In this document: positions 18,631 to 28,317 of the stretch, piece by piece
Layout of the letters: each line of letters opens with the position of its first letter
Numbering within the stretch: position 1 is the stretch's first letter
Source: Candidatus Multivoradales bacterium
GTDB lineage: Bacteria; Acidobacteriota; Thermoanaerobaculia; Multivoradales; JAHEKO01
Assembly: GCA_965223155.1 (NCBI GenBank)
Contig: CBDCVR010000013.1
Span: forward strand, 1,120,001-1,184,000
Direction of reading: 5' to 3'
Length of the DNA: 64,000 bases
Translations under genes and position numbers: made by a program
Notes under the pieces: model-generated
Told to the model about the DNA's origin: nothing
What the model saw: only the letters and a program-made list of their open reading frames with translations
The model's database searches: none

Positions 18631-19356
18631 TTGCCGGATGCTCCCCGATTCCCGACTGCCACCGGCAACGGCGCGGCTCCGGACGGTGGCGGACTCGCCA
18701 TCGTGATTCCCGCGATTAACGAAGCCGGCCAGCTGGGCGCCTGCCTCGAGCGGCTGCCGGCGGCGGCCGAGGTCGTCGTCAGCGACGGCGGCAGCGCCGA
18801 CGACACGGTCGCGATCGCCAAGCGGCACGGCGCCCAGGTGGTCGAGGGCTCCCCCGGGCGCGGCGCTCAGCTCAATCGGGGCGCCCGAGCCGCCGCCGCC
18901 CCGGCCTTGCTTTTCCTCCATGCCGATACCCGCCTGCCGCCGCAAGCGGTCTCCCAGATTCGGGAGATCCTGGACCGTGGCGCGGCCGGCGGAGGCTTCC
19001 GCGTCGCCTTCGCCTCCTCCCGCCCGATCTACCGCCTGGGCTCGGCCATCGTCAACGTACGCACGCGCTTGACGCGGGCGCCGCTGGGCGACCAGGCCCA
19101 GTTCGCCGCTCGGCGGACTTTCGAAGCGGCCCGCGGCTTTCCGGAATGGCCGATCCTCGAAGACCTGGCCTTCATCCGCCGCTTGCGCCGGCAAGGCCCG
19201 GTCCGCATCGCCCCGGGGGCGGTGACCACCTCGACGCGCCGGTTCGAGCGACGGGGCATCGCCCGCACCGTCGCCACGAACTGGCTCATCTTCGCCCTCT
19301 ATTTCGCCGGCGCCGACCCACGGCGGCTCGCCCGCCTGTACCGGAACGTCCGTTGA
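18631..19356 (+). CDS. GT2 glycosyltransferase, TIGR04283-like
   Basis: IVIPAINE, DGGSAD, GRGAQLNRGA, LLFLHADT, GDQAQF, ILED, TTSTRRF. Confidence 0.88.
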   Translation: MPDAPRFPTATGNGAAPDGGGLAIVIPAINEAGQLGACLERLPAAAEVVVSDGGSADDTVAIAKRHGAQVVEGSPGRGAQLNRGARAAAAPALLFLHADTRLPPQAVSQIREILDRGAAGGGFRVAFASSRPIYRLGSAIVNVRTRLTRAPLGDQAQFAARRTFEAARGFPEWPILEDLAFIRRLRRQGPVRIAPGAVTTSTRRFERRGIARTVATNWLIFALYFAGADPRRLARLYRNVR

Positions 19357-19455
19357 CGCGGCCGCCTCGAATCACCTAACTCCGCTTCAACGCGGAAAAA
19401 ATCGGCATCGTCCCTGGTATTCTCGGGGTTCCGAGAACGAATCGGAGACGCCGCC

Positions 19456-21900
19456 CTGCCCGCCGCCAAGAGCAAGAAGAAGCCCACCTCCACCCAGGAC
19501 GCCGGCCTACCGCCGGGCAAGGGCTCGGAGCTCATCGGCATCGGCGCGCTCCTGGCCTCGCTGCTTCTGGCCACCAGCTTCGTGAGCCACCGGCCCGACG
19601 ACCCAAGCCTGCTTTTCCACGCCAGCGACGGTGCCGCGGTGCGCAACTGGATCGGCCCGTTCGGTGCCGAGCTCTCGGCGCTGGCGTTCGGATTCCTGGG
19701 CCTGGCGTGCTTTCTGCTGCCCCTGCTTCTCGCCGTCGGCGCCTGGCGGCGTCTCAAGAAGCACCAGGGACCCAAGGTGTTCGGCCGGGGCCTGGGCGGA
19801 CTCCTCTTGCTGGCGGCGGTGCCCGGACTCTTGCAGCTCGCCATCGGCACCATTCGCTGGCGCGGCATCGACATCGCCGCCGGCGGCGGGCTGGGCGCGG
19901 TGATCGTCTCCAACCTGGAGCGAACGGTCGGTTTCGCCGGAGCCGCCCTGGTGCTGCTGGGCCTGGTCATGGCCGGCTCGGCGCTGGTGATCCAGTCGAC
20001 TCTGGGTGAGCTCATCTCCGGGTGGATCGATCGCGCGCGCTCTACCTCCGAGAGCCTTCGCGACCGCCACACCCGCACGAAGCAGCGCAAGGAGCGGGAC
20101 AAGTCGCGCGAGCGGGTGGTGGCCAAGCACCTGCGGCGGGCCGAGGAACGGCGGGCGGCCAGCGAGGGCGAGCCAGCGGCGCGCGTCGACCTGCCGATCC
20201 GGGTCACGGAGAAAGCCGGTCCCGGAGGCTTCGCCATCCGCAAGGTGACCGGCCCTGTACCGACCACAGAACCGGCCACGGAGCCGGCCAAGCCGGCGGT
20301 AGCGGAGGCCGGAGCGTCTCCGCCGCGCAAGCGGCCGGCGCGCGCGGCCTCCAAGAAGCGCGGCGCCCGGGACCAGGAGCGGATCCCGTTCGACGACAGC
20401 GCGGTGGGGGCGGGCGAGCTGCCCCCGATCAACCTGCTTCAGGTCGAACCGGTCAAGTCCTCGATCGAAGAGACCGAGCTGGTCCGGCTGGGCGAGCTCA
20501 TCCGTACCCGGTGCGCCGAGTTCGGGGTCGAGGGCACGGTCGAAGCGATCACGCCCGGGCCGGTCATCACCGTCTACGAGTTCCAGCCCGCGCCCGGGGT
20601 CAAGGTCAGCCAGATCGTCAACCTTCAGGACGACCTGGCCTTGGCTCTGAAGGCCGAGTCCGTGCGCATCGACCGCTTGCCCGGACGCTCCACGCTCGGC
20701 ATCGAAGTCCCCAACAAGGATCGGGCCGTCATTCGCCTCGGGCATCTCCTGGAGCAGGACACCTTCCGGCGGGCCACGTCCCCCCTGACCATGGCCCTGG
20801 GCACGACGATTCACGGCGAGCCCTACTTCTCGGATCTGGCCACCATGCCCCACCTGCTGGTGGCCGGCGCCACCGGCGCCGGCAAGAGCGTCGGACTGCA
20901 AAGCATGATCACCTCGATCGTGTACAAAGCTCGCCGGGACGAGGTCCAGTTCATCTTCATCGACCCCAAGCGCATCGAGCTGGGCGTCTACAAGAACATC
21001 CCCCACCTCAAGACCGAGGTCGTGGTCGAGCCCAAGAAAGCCTCCTACGCGCTGCGCTGGGCGGTGGCCGAGATGGAGCGCCGCTACCGCCTACTGGCCG
21101 AGGTCCACGTCCGTTCGATCGCTTTCTACAACCAGGCGATCTCGGATCCTTCGGTGCGCGAGCGGCTGGCGCTGTCCGACGGCGACTCGGACGTCCGTAC
21201 CGACGACTTGAAGCCCCTGCCCTACTACGTCGTCATCATCGACGAGCTGGCGGACCTCATGATGGTCGCCTCCTCCGAGGTCGAGGCTTCGATCGCGCGG
21301 CTGGCCCAGATGGCGCGCGCCGTCGGCATCCATCTCATCGTCTCGACTCAGAGACCTTCGGTGGACGTCCTGACCGGCACCATCAAGGCCAACTTCCCGT
21401 GCCGGATCTCGTTTGCCACCGCCACCCGCCACGACTCGCGCACGATCCTGGATCAGGTCGGGGCCGAGAAGCTCCTGGGCAAGGGCGACATGCTCTTCAT
21501 GCCCCCCGGCACCTCCAGGGTCATGCGTCTCCACGGCGCCTACGTCAGCGAGCAAGAAACGGCGGCGCTGGTGCGCTGGCTCAAGAAGCAGGGGACTCCC
21601 GAGCTCGACCCGACGGTTCTGGAGCCCCCGGAAGAAGAGCGCAAGACCGGCGGTGGCGGCTCGGACGACGATGAGCTCTTCGACGAGGCCGCGCGCCTGG
21701 TGGTGGCCGAGCGCCAAGGCTCGGCCAGCTTCCTTCAGCGCCGCATGCGCATCGGGTTTTCCCGCGCCGCGCGCCTGATCGACATCATGGAGCAGGAAGG
21801 CCTGCTGGGCCCGCCGCAGGGCTCGAAGCCGCGGGAAGTGCTGGTGCCAGCCGACTACTTCGAAGAGATCGACGGCGCCCACGGCGAGTTCGAAGCCTAG
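19456..21900 (+). CDS. ftsK: DNA translocase FtsK; probable CTG start
   Basis: N-terminal TM region with NWIGPFGA, PHLLVAGATGAGKS, IIDELADLM, TQRPSVDV, GAEKLLGKGDML, gamma domain LQRRMRIGFSRAARLID. Confidence 0.96.
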   Translation: MPAAKSKKKPTSTQDAGLPPGKGSELIGIGALLASLLLATSFVSHRPDDPSLLFHASDGAAVRNWIGPFGAELSALAFGFLGLACFLLPLLLAVGAWRRLKKHQGPKVFGRGLGGLLLLAAVPGLLQLAIGTIRWRGIDIAAGGGLGAVIVSNLERTVGFAGAALVLLGLVMAGSALVIQSTLGELISGWIDRARSTSESLRDRHTRTKQRKERDKSRERVVAKHLRRAEERRAASEGEPAARVDLPIRVTEKAGPGGFAIRKVTGPVPTTEPATEPAKPAVAEAGASPPRKRPARAASKKRGARDQERIPFDDSAVGAGELPPINLLQVEPVKSSIEETELVRLGELIRTRCAEFGVEGTVEAITPGPVITVYEFQPAPGVKVSQIVNLQDDLALALKAESVRIDRLPGRSTLGIEVPNKDRAVIRLGHLLEQDTFRRATSPLTMALGTTIHGEPYFSDLATMPHLLVAGATGAGKSVGLQSMITSIVYKARRDEVQFIFIDPKRIELGVYKNIPHLKTEVVVEPKKASYALRWAVAEMERRYRLLAEVHVRSIAFYNQAISDPSVRERLALSDGDSDVRTDDLKPLPYYVVIIDELADLMMVASSEVEASIARLAQMARAVGIHLIVSTQRPSVDVLTGTIKANFPCRISFATATRHDSRTILDQVGAEKLLGKGDMLFMPPGTSRVMRLHGAYVSEQETAALVRWLKKQGTPELDPTVLEPPEEERKTGGGGSDDDELFDEAARLVVAERQGSASFLQRRMRIGFSRAARLIDIMEQEGLLGPPQGSKPREVLVPADYFEEIDGAHGEFEA

Positions 21901-22013
21901 CGCGGCCGGCTCTCACGGCGATTCGCGGCAAGACGGTCGGAGCCGGCGTCCCGGACGCCGTAGTTACAACTCGAAGCCGAACCGACCCCGGCGCTTCACG
22001 CTACGATCACGCG

Positions 22014-23090
22014 GTGAGCGCGACCAACGGCCAGAGCGGCCAGCCGGGGCTATCGGAGGCGTCGGAGGCGTCTCAGACGTCCGGGTCGGCCCAGCCGGCT
22101 GAGCGGACCGAGTTGGACGAGTCGATCGAGCCCGTTGAGCTGATCGAGACAGGCCCGGTTGTCTTCTTCGGCACACCGGACTTCGCGGTGCCTACGCTCG
22201 AAGCGCTGGCTGAGTCCCGGTTCCGCCCGGCTCTCGTGGTGAGCCAGCCGTCGCGGCCGGCCGGGCGCGGCCGGCGCCTGGTCCGTCCGCCGGCGGCCCG
22301 CAGGGCCCGCGAGCTCGCGCTTCCCTGCCGGCAGGTTCGCAGCGTCCGGCGCAAGGCCTTCGCCGCCGGCCTGGCCGAGATCGATCCCTGGGTGTTCGTG
22401 GTCGTCGCTTTCGGCCAGATCCTCCCCCAGCGCCTGCTCGACGTCCCCAAGCTGGGCTCGATCAACGTCCACGCCTCGCTCCTGCCTCGATACCGGGGCG
22501 CGGCGCCGATCCAGGCCGCGATCGCGGCCGGCGATCGCGTCACCGGAGTGACGACCATGCTCATGGACGCGGGTCTCGACACCGGACCGACCCTGGCGCG
22601 CCGCGAGATTCCGATCGGCCCCGACGAGCTCGCCCCCGAGCTCTCGACCCGGCTCGCCGGGGCCGGCGCCGAGCTGCTGATCGAGACCCTGGAGGGTCTG
22701 GCTTCCGCGACCCTCCAGCCCCAGCCGCAGGACGGCGCCCAGGCCAGCGTGGCTCCGCGCCTTTCCCGCGCCGACGGCGAGGTTTCCTGGGAGCTCACAG
22801 CGCGCCAAATCTACGACCGGTTCCGCGCCCATCAACCGTGGCCCGGCACACGAACCGAGTTTCGCGGCGAAACGGTGACCATCGACGGCTGCCGGCCGTC
22901 GGTGGCGACCCACCCGGAGGCCGCTTCCGGAACCGTGCTCGAGACCTCGCCCGAGCTAGCCGTTGCTTGCGGCCGGGGGACCGTCCTGGTCCTCGGAGCG
23001 CTCCAGCGCCCTGGCCGCCGCTCGCTCGCGGCCACCGACTTCGTCAACGGCGAGCGGGTCGTCGCCGGCGACCGGTTCGGCCTGTCGTGA
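22014..23090 (+). CDS. fmt: Methionyl-tRNA formyltransferase (start uncertain, low-complexity N-terminal extension)
   Basis: FFGTPDFA, NVHASLLPRYRGAAPIQ, MDAGLDTG, PWPG. Confidence 0.95.
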   Translation: MSATNGQSGQPGLSEASEASQTSGSAQPAERTELDESIEPVELIETGPVVFFGTPDFAVPTLEALAESRFRPALVVSQPSRPAGRGRRLVRPPAARRARELALPCRQVRSVRRKAFAAGLAEIDPWVFVVVAFGQILPQRLLDVPKLGSINVHASLLPRYRGAAPIQAAIAAGDRVTGVTTMLMDAGLDTGPTLARREIPIGPDELAPELSTRLAGAGAELLIETLEGLASATLQPQPQDGAQASVAPRLSRADGEVSWELTARQIYDRFRAHQPWPGTRTEFRGETVTIDGCRPSVATHPEAASGTVLETSPELAVACGRGTVLVLGALQRPGRRSLAATDFVNGERVVAGDRFGLS

Positions 23091-24451
23091 GCGCGGCACG
23101 GCGATTGGGAGATCCTCGGCGGCTGGCCGCCAACAGTCTCACCCGCGCTTTGCGCTCGAAAGCGCCGGTCGAGGTCCTGGATCCGATCTCGGCGCCGGCA
23201 AGGCCAGCCGCCGCCGAGGCTTCCTTGCGCGACGCCGATCGCCGCCTGGTGGTCGAACTCGTCCTCGGCACCTTGCGCTGGCTCCGACGCATCGACGCCA
23301 TCCTGGAAGAAGCGTCGGGCAAGCCGGTCGTCAAGATCGACGCCAACGCGCTGCCTCATCTGCGCCTGGCCGTCTACCAGCTCCTGTTCCTGGATCGGAT
23401 CCCGGCCTACGCCGCCGTCCACAGTGCGGTCGCCGCCACCCGCGACCGCTCTCGTCGGGCGGCGGGGTTTGTCAACGCGGTGCTGCGCAAGGTCGCCGCC
23501 CGGCGCCGCGTCGAGGACTGGCCGCTCCCGGCCGAAGACCCGCGCACCCGGCTCGCCATCGAGACCAGCTATCCGGATCTTCTCGCCGGCCGCCTGATCG
23601 AGCAATTCGGCCTCGACGCCGCCCGCGCGGTACTCGAGGCCGGCAACCTGAGGCGTCGGAACCAACTCCTGTGCCTGGGTCCCCGGGAAGCGATCGCGGC
23701 CGAGCTCGCCGCCAGCGGAGTCCCGGTCGAGCCGGCCGCACTTACCCCGACTGGACTGACGGTAGTGCGGGGCTCAGTCCCGGCGACCGAAGCCTTCCGC
23801 GCCGGCCGTGTCTACATTCAGGACGCCGCCAGTCAAGCCGCCGCGCTGGTGCCCTGGCCCACGCCGGGCGAACGCATCCTGGACGTGGCCGCCGCGCCCG
23901 GCGGCAAGAGCTTCGCCCTGGCCGCGGCCGAGCCGCTGGTACGGCTCACCGCCTGCGACCGATCGATGGCCCGCCTGGCCCGCCTGGACGCCAATCGCCG
24001 GCGCCTGGGTCTGGACGTTCGCTGCTTCGCGGGCGATGCCGCCGAGCTCGGCTGCCTCGCCGGGCAGGCCTCTTTCGACCGGGTGGTGGCGGATCTCCCG
24101 TGCTCGGGCTCGGGCACGATCGCGCGTCACCCCGAGCTCAAGTGGCGGATTTCGGCCGACGAGCTCCGGCGCCTCGCCAGTGCCGGACTGGCCCTGCTGG
24201 GAGCAGCCGCGAGGCAGGTACGACCCGGCGGCCGCCTTTGCGCCCTGACCTGTTCCATCCTGGCGGCCGAGAACGAGGAAGTCGTCCAGGCCTTTCTCAC
24301 GAACCGAAACGACTTTGCGCTGGAGCCGCTCGAAGACCTGCCCGAGCCCTTCCGCCATGGCGTCGCCGGACCGGGGCTCTGGCGGGTGCTGCCCAGCGCC
24401 GACCACGACGGCTTCACCGTGCACGTGCTGCGTCGCCAGCAGGCACCCTAG
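23087..24451 (+). CDS. rsmB: 16S rRNA m5C967 methyltransferase RsmB/Sun
   Basis: NusB-like N-domain (GFVNAVLR), IQDAASQ, DVAAAPGGK, DLPCSGSG, TCSI, DGF; GTGA overlap with fmt. Confidence 0.9.
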   Translation: MSAARRLGDPRRLAANSLTRALRSKAPVEVLDPISAPARPAAAEASLRDADRRLVVELVLGTLRWLRRIDAILEEASGKPVVKIDANALPHLRLAVYQLLFLDRIPAYAAVHSAVAATRDRSRRAAGFVNAVLRKVAARRRVEDWPLPAEDPRTRLAIETSYPDLLAGRLIEQFGLDAARAVLEAGNLRRRNQLLCLGPREAIAAELAASGVPVEPAALTPTGLTVVRGSVPATEAFRAGRVYIQDAASQAAALVPWPTPGERILDVAAAPGGKSFALAAAEPLVRLTACDRSMARLARLDANRRRLGLDVRCFAGDAAELGCLAGQASFDRVVADLPCSGSGTIARHPELKWRISADELRRLASAGLALLGAAARQVRPGGRLCALTCSILAAENEEVVQAFLTNRNDFALEPLEDLPEPFRHGVAGPGLWRVLPSADHDGFTVHVLRRQQAP

Positions 24452-24474
24452 CGGCACTAGCCGGAGAACGCCCG

Positions 24475-25269
24475 CTAGGTCAGATCGCGCGCGGACCGCC
24501 AGAGCGCCACGAAACCCTCGGGCGGGACCGTCTCGGCGCGCGCACCGGCATCGATTCCGGCCGCCGCCAGCGCCGTCTCCGCCCGCTCCCGTCCCCACAC
24601 CGAACCCAGCGCGTTGCGCAGGGTCTTGCGCCGTTGCCCGAAGGCGGCATGCAGGACGGCTTCGAGCTCGTCGAACCTCTCGGGCGGCACCGGCAGCGGC
24701 CGCGGCCGCAGGCCCACCACGGCGCTCCAGACCTTGGGCGGCGGCCGGAAGCTTCCCGGCGCGACCTTGCGCAAGATCTCGACCTCGGCGGCCAGTCCGG
24801 CCACGACCGAAAGCGCTCCGTAGTCGCGCGAGCCCGGACCGGCGGCCAGGCGCTCGGCGACTTCGAGCTGCACCATGAATCCCAGCCGCTCCGGAGGCGG
24901 ACGGAGCGGCAGCAGGCGCCGGATCAATGCCGTCGCGATCTGGTACGGCAGGTTCCCGGTCACCAACGACCCTTCAGGCAGCCGGGACCAGGCGACGTCC
25001 ATCGCGTCGCCGATCGCCAGCCGGCCGGCAAGACGCGGCTCGGCCTCGGCCAGCCGGAAGGCCCATGCCGGGTCGAGCTCGAGGGCGACCAAACGGGCGC
25101 CTGCGTCCAGCAACCTGGCTGTGAGAACACCACCGCCCGGACCGATTTCGACCACCGGCCTGTCCGGGACCTCCAAGAAGTCCACCAGCGGGTCCAGGAT
25201 CTCGGCCTGGACCAAGTGGTGCTGGCCCAAGGCCTTGAGCAAAGGCGGGTGCAGCGGCAGGTGGCTCAC
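24475..25269 (-). CDS. rsmA: 16S rRNA adenine dimethyltransferase KsgA/RsmA
   Basis: VEIGPGGG, GNLPYQI, MVQLEVAERL, FRPPPKV, FGQRRKTLRN. Confidence 0.94.
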   Translation of the reverse strand: MSHLPLHPPLLKALGQHHLVQAEILDPLVDFLEVPDRPVVEIGPGGGVLTARLLDAGARLVALELDPAWAFRLAEAEPRLAGRLAIGDAMDVAWSRLPEGSLVTGNLPYQIATALIRRLLPLRPPPERLGFMVQLEVAERLAAGPGSRDYGALSVVAGLAAEVEILRKVAPGSFRPPPKVWSAVVGLRPRPLPVPPERFDELEAVLHAAFGQRRKTLRNALGSVWGRERAETALAAAGIDAGARAETVPPEGFVALWRSARDLT

Positions 25270-25447
25270 GGAACGAGAAAGGTGTCAGAATGGCGCGCGT
25301 TTCGCACGAGGGCTCGCTCGGGCCGCGCTTTGGGGAGCATAGCGCGCGGCTCGGAAGGCTCCGCGAGACAGTCCAGGCTACGGCCGGGCGGTGCCGGGTT
25401 TCTGGCACTACGCTTGCAAATTTCGACGCCGTCACAAGGAGCCCCGT

Positions 25448-26437
25448 ATGCAGCCCGAAGCCACGCAACTGAGCGACCAGGTCGAGCGCGACATCCTGGT
25501 GTTGCGCGAAGTCGAGGCCGAGATTCGCAAGGTCATCGTCGGCCAGGACTACCTCCTGGACCGGCTCCTGGTGGGGCTCCTGGCCCGCGGCCACCTTCTC
25601 ATCGAAGGCGTGCCCGGCCTGGCCAAGACCCTGGCGGTCAAGACCCTGGCCCGAACGCTCCACATCGATTTCAACCGGATCCAGTTCACGCCCGACATCC
25701 TGCCCGCCGATCTGCTCGGCACCCTGATCTACAACCAGAAGCACGGCGAGTTTCAGCCGCGCAAGGGGCCGCTCTTTACCAACCTCCTGCTGGCGGACGA
25801 GATCAACCGAGCCCCGGCCAAGGTCCAATCCGCTCTGCTCGAGGCCATGGAAGAGCGCCAGGTCACTCTGGGCGAGACCACCTATGCGCTGGCCGAGCCC
25901 TTCATGGTGCTGGCTACCCAGAACCCCATCGAGCAGGAAGGTACCTACCCACTGGCCGAAGCCCAGGTCGATCGGTTCCTGATGAAGCTGGTCCTCGGCT
26001 ACCCCGAGCGGTCCGAAGAGGCGGAGATCCTGGATCGCATGCTGGTCGAAACGGACCACGGCGTACGCACCGTGCTGGACGCCCCACGGCTCCTGGAGCT
26101 GCGCTCGACCTGCGACGCCCTGTATCTGGACCAGAAGCTCAAGGGGTACATTCTGGACGTCGTGCTCGCGACTCGTGAGCCGGACAGCGTCGGCGCCGGC
26201 GATCTGACTCCGCTCATCGCCTTCGGTGCCTCCCCGCGCGCCACCCTGTTTCTGGCGCGGGCGGCCAAAGCCCTGGCCATGGTCCGGGGCCGCGGCTACG
26301 TGATCCCGGAGGACGTCAAGGAGGTGGCACCGGACGTTCTGCGTCATCGGATCATCCCGACCTACGAGGCCGAAGCCGAAGAGATCACCCCGGACGAGCT
26401 GGTGCGCCGCCTCCTGGATCGGGTGGAAGTGCCGTAG
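25448..26437 (+). CDS. MoxR family AAA+ ATPase
   Basis: EGVPGLAKT, RIQFTPD, LADEINRAPAKVQSALLE, ATQNPIEQEGTYPL, GASPRA. Confidence 0.95.
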   Translation: MQPEATQLSDQVERDILVLREVEAEIRKVIVGQDYLLDRLLVGLLARGHLLIEGVPGLAKTLAVKTLARTLHIDFNRIQFTPDILPADLLGTLIYNQKHGEFQPRKGPLFTNLLLADEINRAPAKVQSALLEAMEERQVTLGETTYALAEPFMVLATQNPIEQEGTYPLAEAQVDRFLMKLVLGYPERSEEAEILDRMLVETDHGVRTVLDAPRLLELRSTCDALYLDQKLKGYILDVVLATREPDSVGAGDLTPLIAFGASPRATLFLARAAKALAMVRGRGYVIPEDVKEVAPDVLRHRIIPTYEAEAEEITPDELVRRLLDRVEVP

Positions 26438-26446
26438 GGCTGAGCG

Positions 26447-27373
26447 ATGCTCGGCCTGAAGCGAAAGCGGGACGAACGACCCGCGGCTGGCGGCGAGGGC
26501 ATGCTGCCGGCGGAGCTCGGGCGCACCGTCCGACGCATCGAGATCTCCACCAACCGGCTGGTCGACGAAGGCATCGCCGGCGGGTACCACTCGGTCTTCA
26601 AGGGACGCGGCGTCGAGTTTTCCGAGGTACGCGCCTACCAGCCCGGCGACGACGTGCGCTCGATCGACTGGAACGTGACCGCCCGCATGGGCGCTCCCTT
26701 CGTCAAACAATTCGTCGAGGAGCGGGATCTCACGGTCTTCCTGATCGTGGACGTCTCCGGCAGCTTGGCCATCGGCTCGCGCCTGACCCTCAAGCGCGAG
26801 CTCGCCGCCGAGGTGGCAGCTCTTCTCAGTTTCGCCGCCCTGCGCAACCAAGACCGGGTCGGGGCGGCGCTGGTCAGCGACCGGCTGGAGCTTTTTCTGG
26901 AGCCCAAGCGGCGGCGCAGCCACGTCCTGCGGATGGTGCGCGAGATCCTGACGGCGGACTCGCGCGGTGGCACCGACCTCGACGCCGCCGTTGACCAGGT
27001 GCTGCGCAACCTGAAGCAGCGCGCGGTCCTGTTTCTCATTTCGGACTTCGTGGCCACTCCCTTTGCCACGGCCATCAAGCGCGCCGCCGGACGCCACGAT
27101 CTGATCGTCGTCGAAGTGACCGATCCCCGCGACCAGGCGGTGCCGCCCGTGGGCAAGATCCCGGCTCGGGACGCCGAGACCGGGCGTCTCGGCCTGGTAA
27201 GCGGCAAGAGGCTCGAGACCGCCTTCCTGCGCCGGCGCGGCGAGGAACGCCAAGAGCTCCACGGTCTGGCCCGGCGACTCGGGGCAGACCTCATCCACCT
27301 CTCGACGGACCGACCCTACCTGCCACCGCTGGTCGCCTTCTTCGAGGCCCGGCGCAAACGCCTGGCTCGATGA
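26447..27373 (+). CDS. DUF58 (vWA-like) protein
   Basis: GRGVEFSEVRAYQPGDDVRSIDWNVTAR, DVSGS, ISDF. Confidence 0.92.
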   Translation: MLGLKRKRDERPAAGGEGMLPAELGRTVRRIEISTNRLVDEGIAGGYHSVFKGRGVEFSEVRAYQPGDDVRSIDWNVTARMGAPFVKQFVEERDLTVFLIVDVSGSLAIGSRLTLKRELAAEVAALLSFAALRNQDRVGAALVSDRLELFLEPKRRRSHVLRMVREILTADSRGGTDLDAAVDQVLRNLKQRAVLFLISDFVATPFATAIKRAAGRHDLIVVEVTDPRDQAVPPVGKIPARDAETGRLGLVSGKRLETAFLRRRGEERQELHGLARRLGADLIHLSTDRPYLPPLVAFFEARRKRLAR

Positions 27374-28317
27374 GCTCGATGAGATTGCCGGCGCTGCTTC
27401 TGGTCCTCGCGCTTGGCGGTCCGGGTGCTCCCGGGCTGAGCGCTCAGGAGGATGCCCCGGGTACCGTCGCCATCTCGCTCGAGCCCCAGGAGGTCGCGGT
27501 CGGCGATCTGGTGAGCGTTCGCATCGTGGTCCAGCTGGGACCGGACTCGACCGGGGAGCTCGACGCTCCCGAATGGCAGGAGCGCTGGGGCGACGCCGAG
27601 ATTCGGGAAGTCGGTCCCGCCGAGCGCAGCGACACCGCGGCCGGGCCACGCTGGACCCAGACCTTGACCGTCACCGCCTTCCGTCCGGGGCCGGTCGAGC
27701 TACCCCAACTCCGGTTCGAGGACGCCTTGGGACGAACCTTGGTCAGCCGACCGATCGCGTTCACCGTCCGGTCGGTGCTGCCCGCCGACGGACCGGCCGA
27801 GCCCAAGCCGCCGGCGCCGCCCCGGCCGGTCACTCTGGGCGCGGCATTCTGGTGGAGCGCCGGCCTGCTCGCCGTCCTCGCGCTCGCCTTGGGTTGGAAG
27901 CTCGCGGCCCGGGCGCGCGCCGGCGCGCGGCCGGCCTTGGCGCCGATCGACCCCTGGACCGAGCTCGAACAGGGTCTCGACGAGCTCCGGGACGGCCACG
28001 ACCCGTTCGCCGTCTTTACCGGACTCAGCATCCACCTGCGACGCTTCCTGGGGCGGTCGCTGGCGTTTCCGGCGGCCGAGAGCACCACGACCGAGCTTCG
28101 CCGCCGGTTGCGCCGCACTCGCCTGAGCCCGGGCCTAGGCGGCTCGGTCCTGCGACTCCTGGAGGAAGCCGACGGCGTCAAGTTCGCCCGCCGGACTCCC
28201 ACTGGCGGACGCCACCGGGCCGCGCTCGAGGAAGCCCTCGCAGTGGCCGCCGACATCGCCCGCGAGCTTGCCCCGAAGGAGAGCGACGGCGGCCCGGAGG
28301 CGGCGGAGGCGGCATGA
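27370..28317 (+). CDS. Exported/membrane protein of the Bat operon (BatD-like Ig fold plus TM)
   Basis: Signal peptide, beta-rich domain, TM helix, AAESTTTEL...ADGVKFAR; overlaps both neighbours. Confidence 0.7.
   Translation: MSSMRLPALLLVLALGGPGAPGLSAQEDAPGTVAISLEPQEVAVGDLVSVRIVVQLGPDSTGELDAPEWQERWGDAEIREVGPAERSDTAAGPRWTQTLTVTAFRPGPVELPQLRFEDALGRTLVSRPIAFTVRSVLPADGPAEPKPPAPPRPVTLGAAFWWSAGLLAVLALALGWKLAARARAGARPALAPIDPWTELEQGLDELRDGHDPFAVFTGLSIHLRRFLGRSLAFPAAESTTTELRRRLRRTRLSPGLGGSVLRLLEEADGVKFARRTPTGGRHRAALEEALAVAADIARELAPKESDGGPEAAEAA

Noticed and set aside
22963-26178. 1071-aa Arg/Pro-rich ORF and similar long ORFs (24974-27649, 55042-57612, 8200-10080)
   Set aside because: Shadow frames overlapping well-supported genes; stop codons are rare at this GC content and no domain motifs are present
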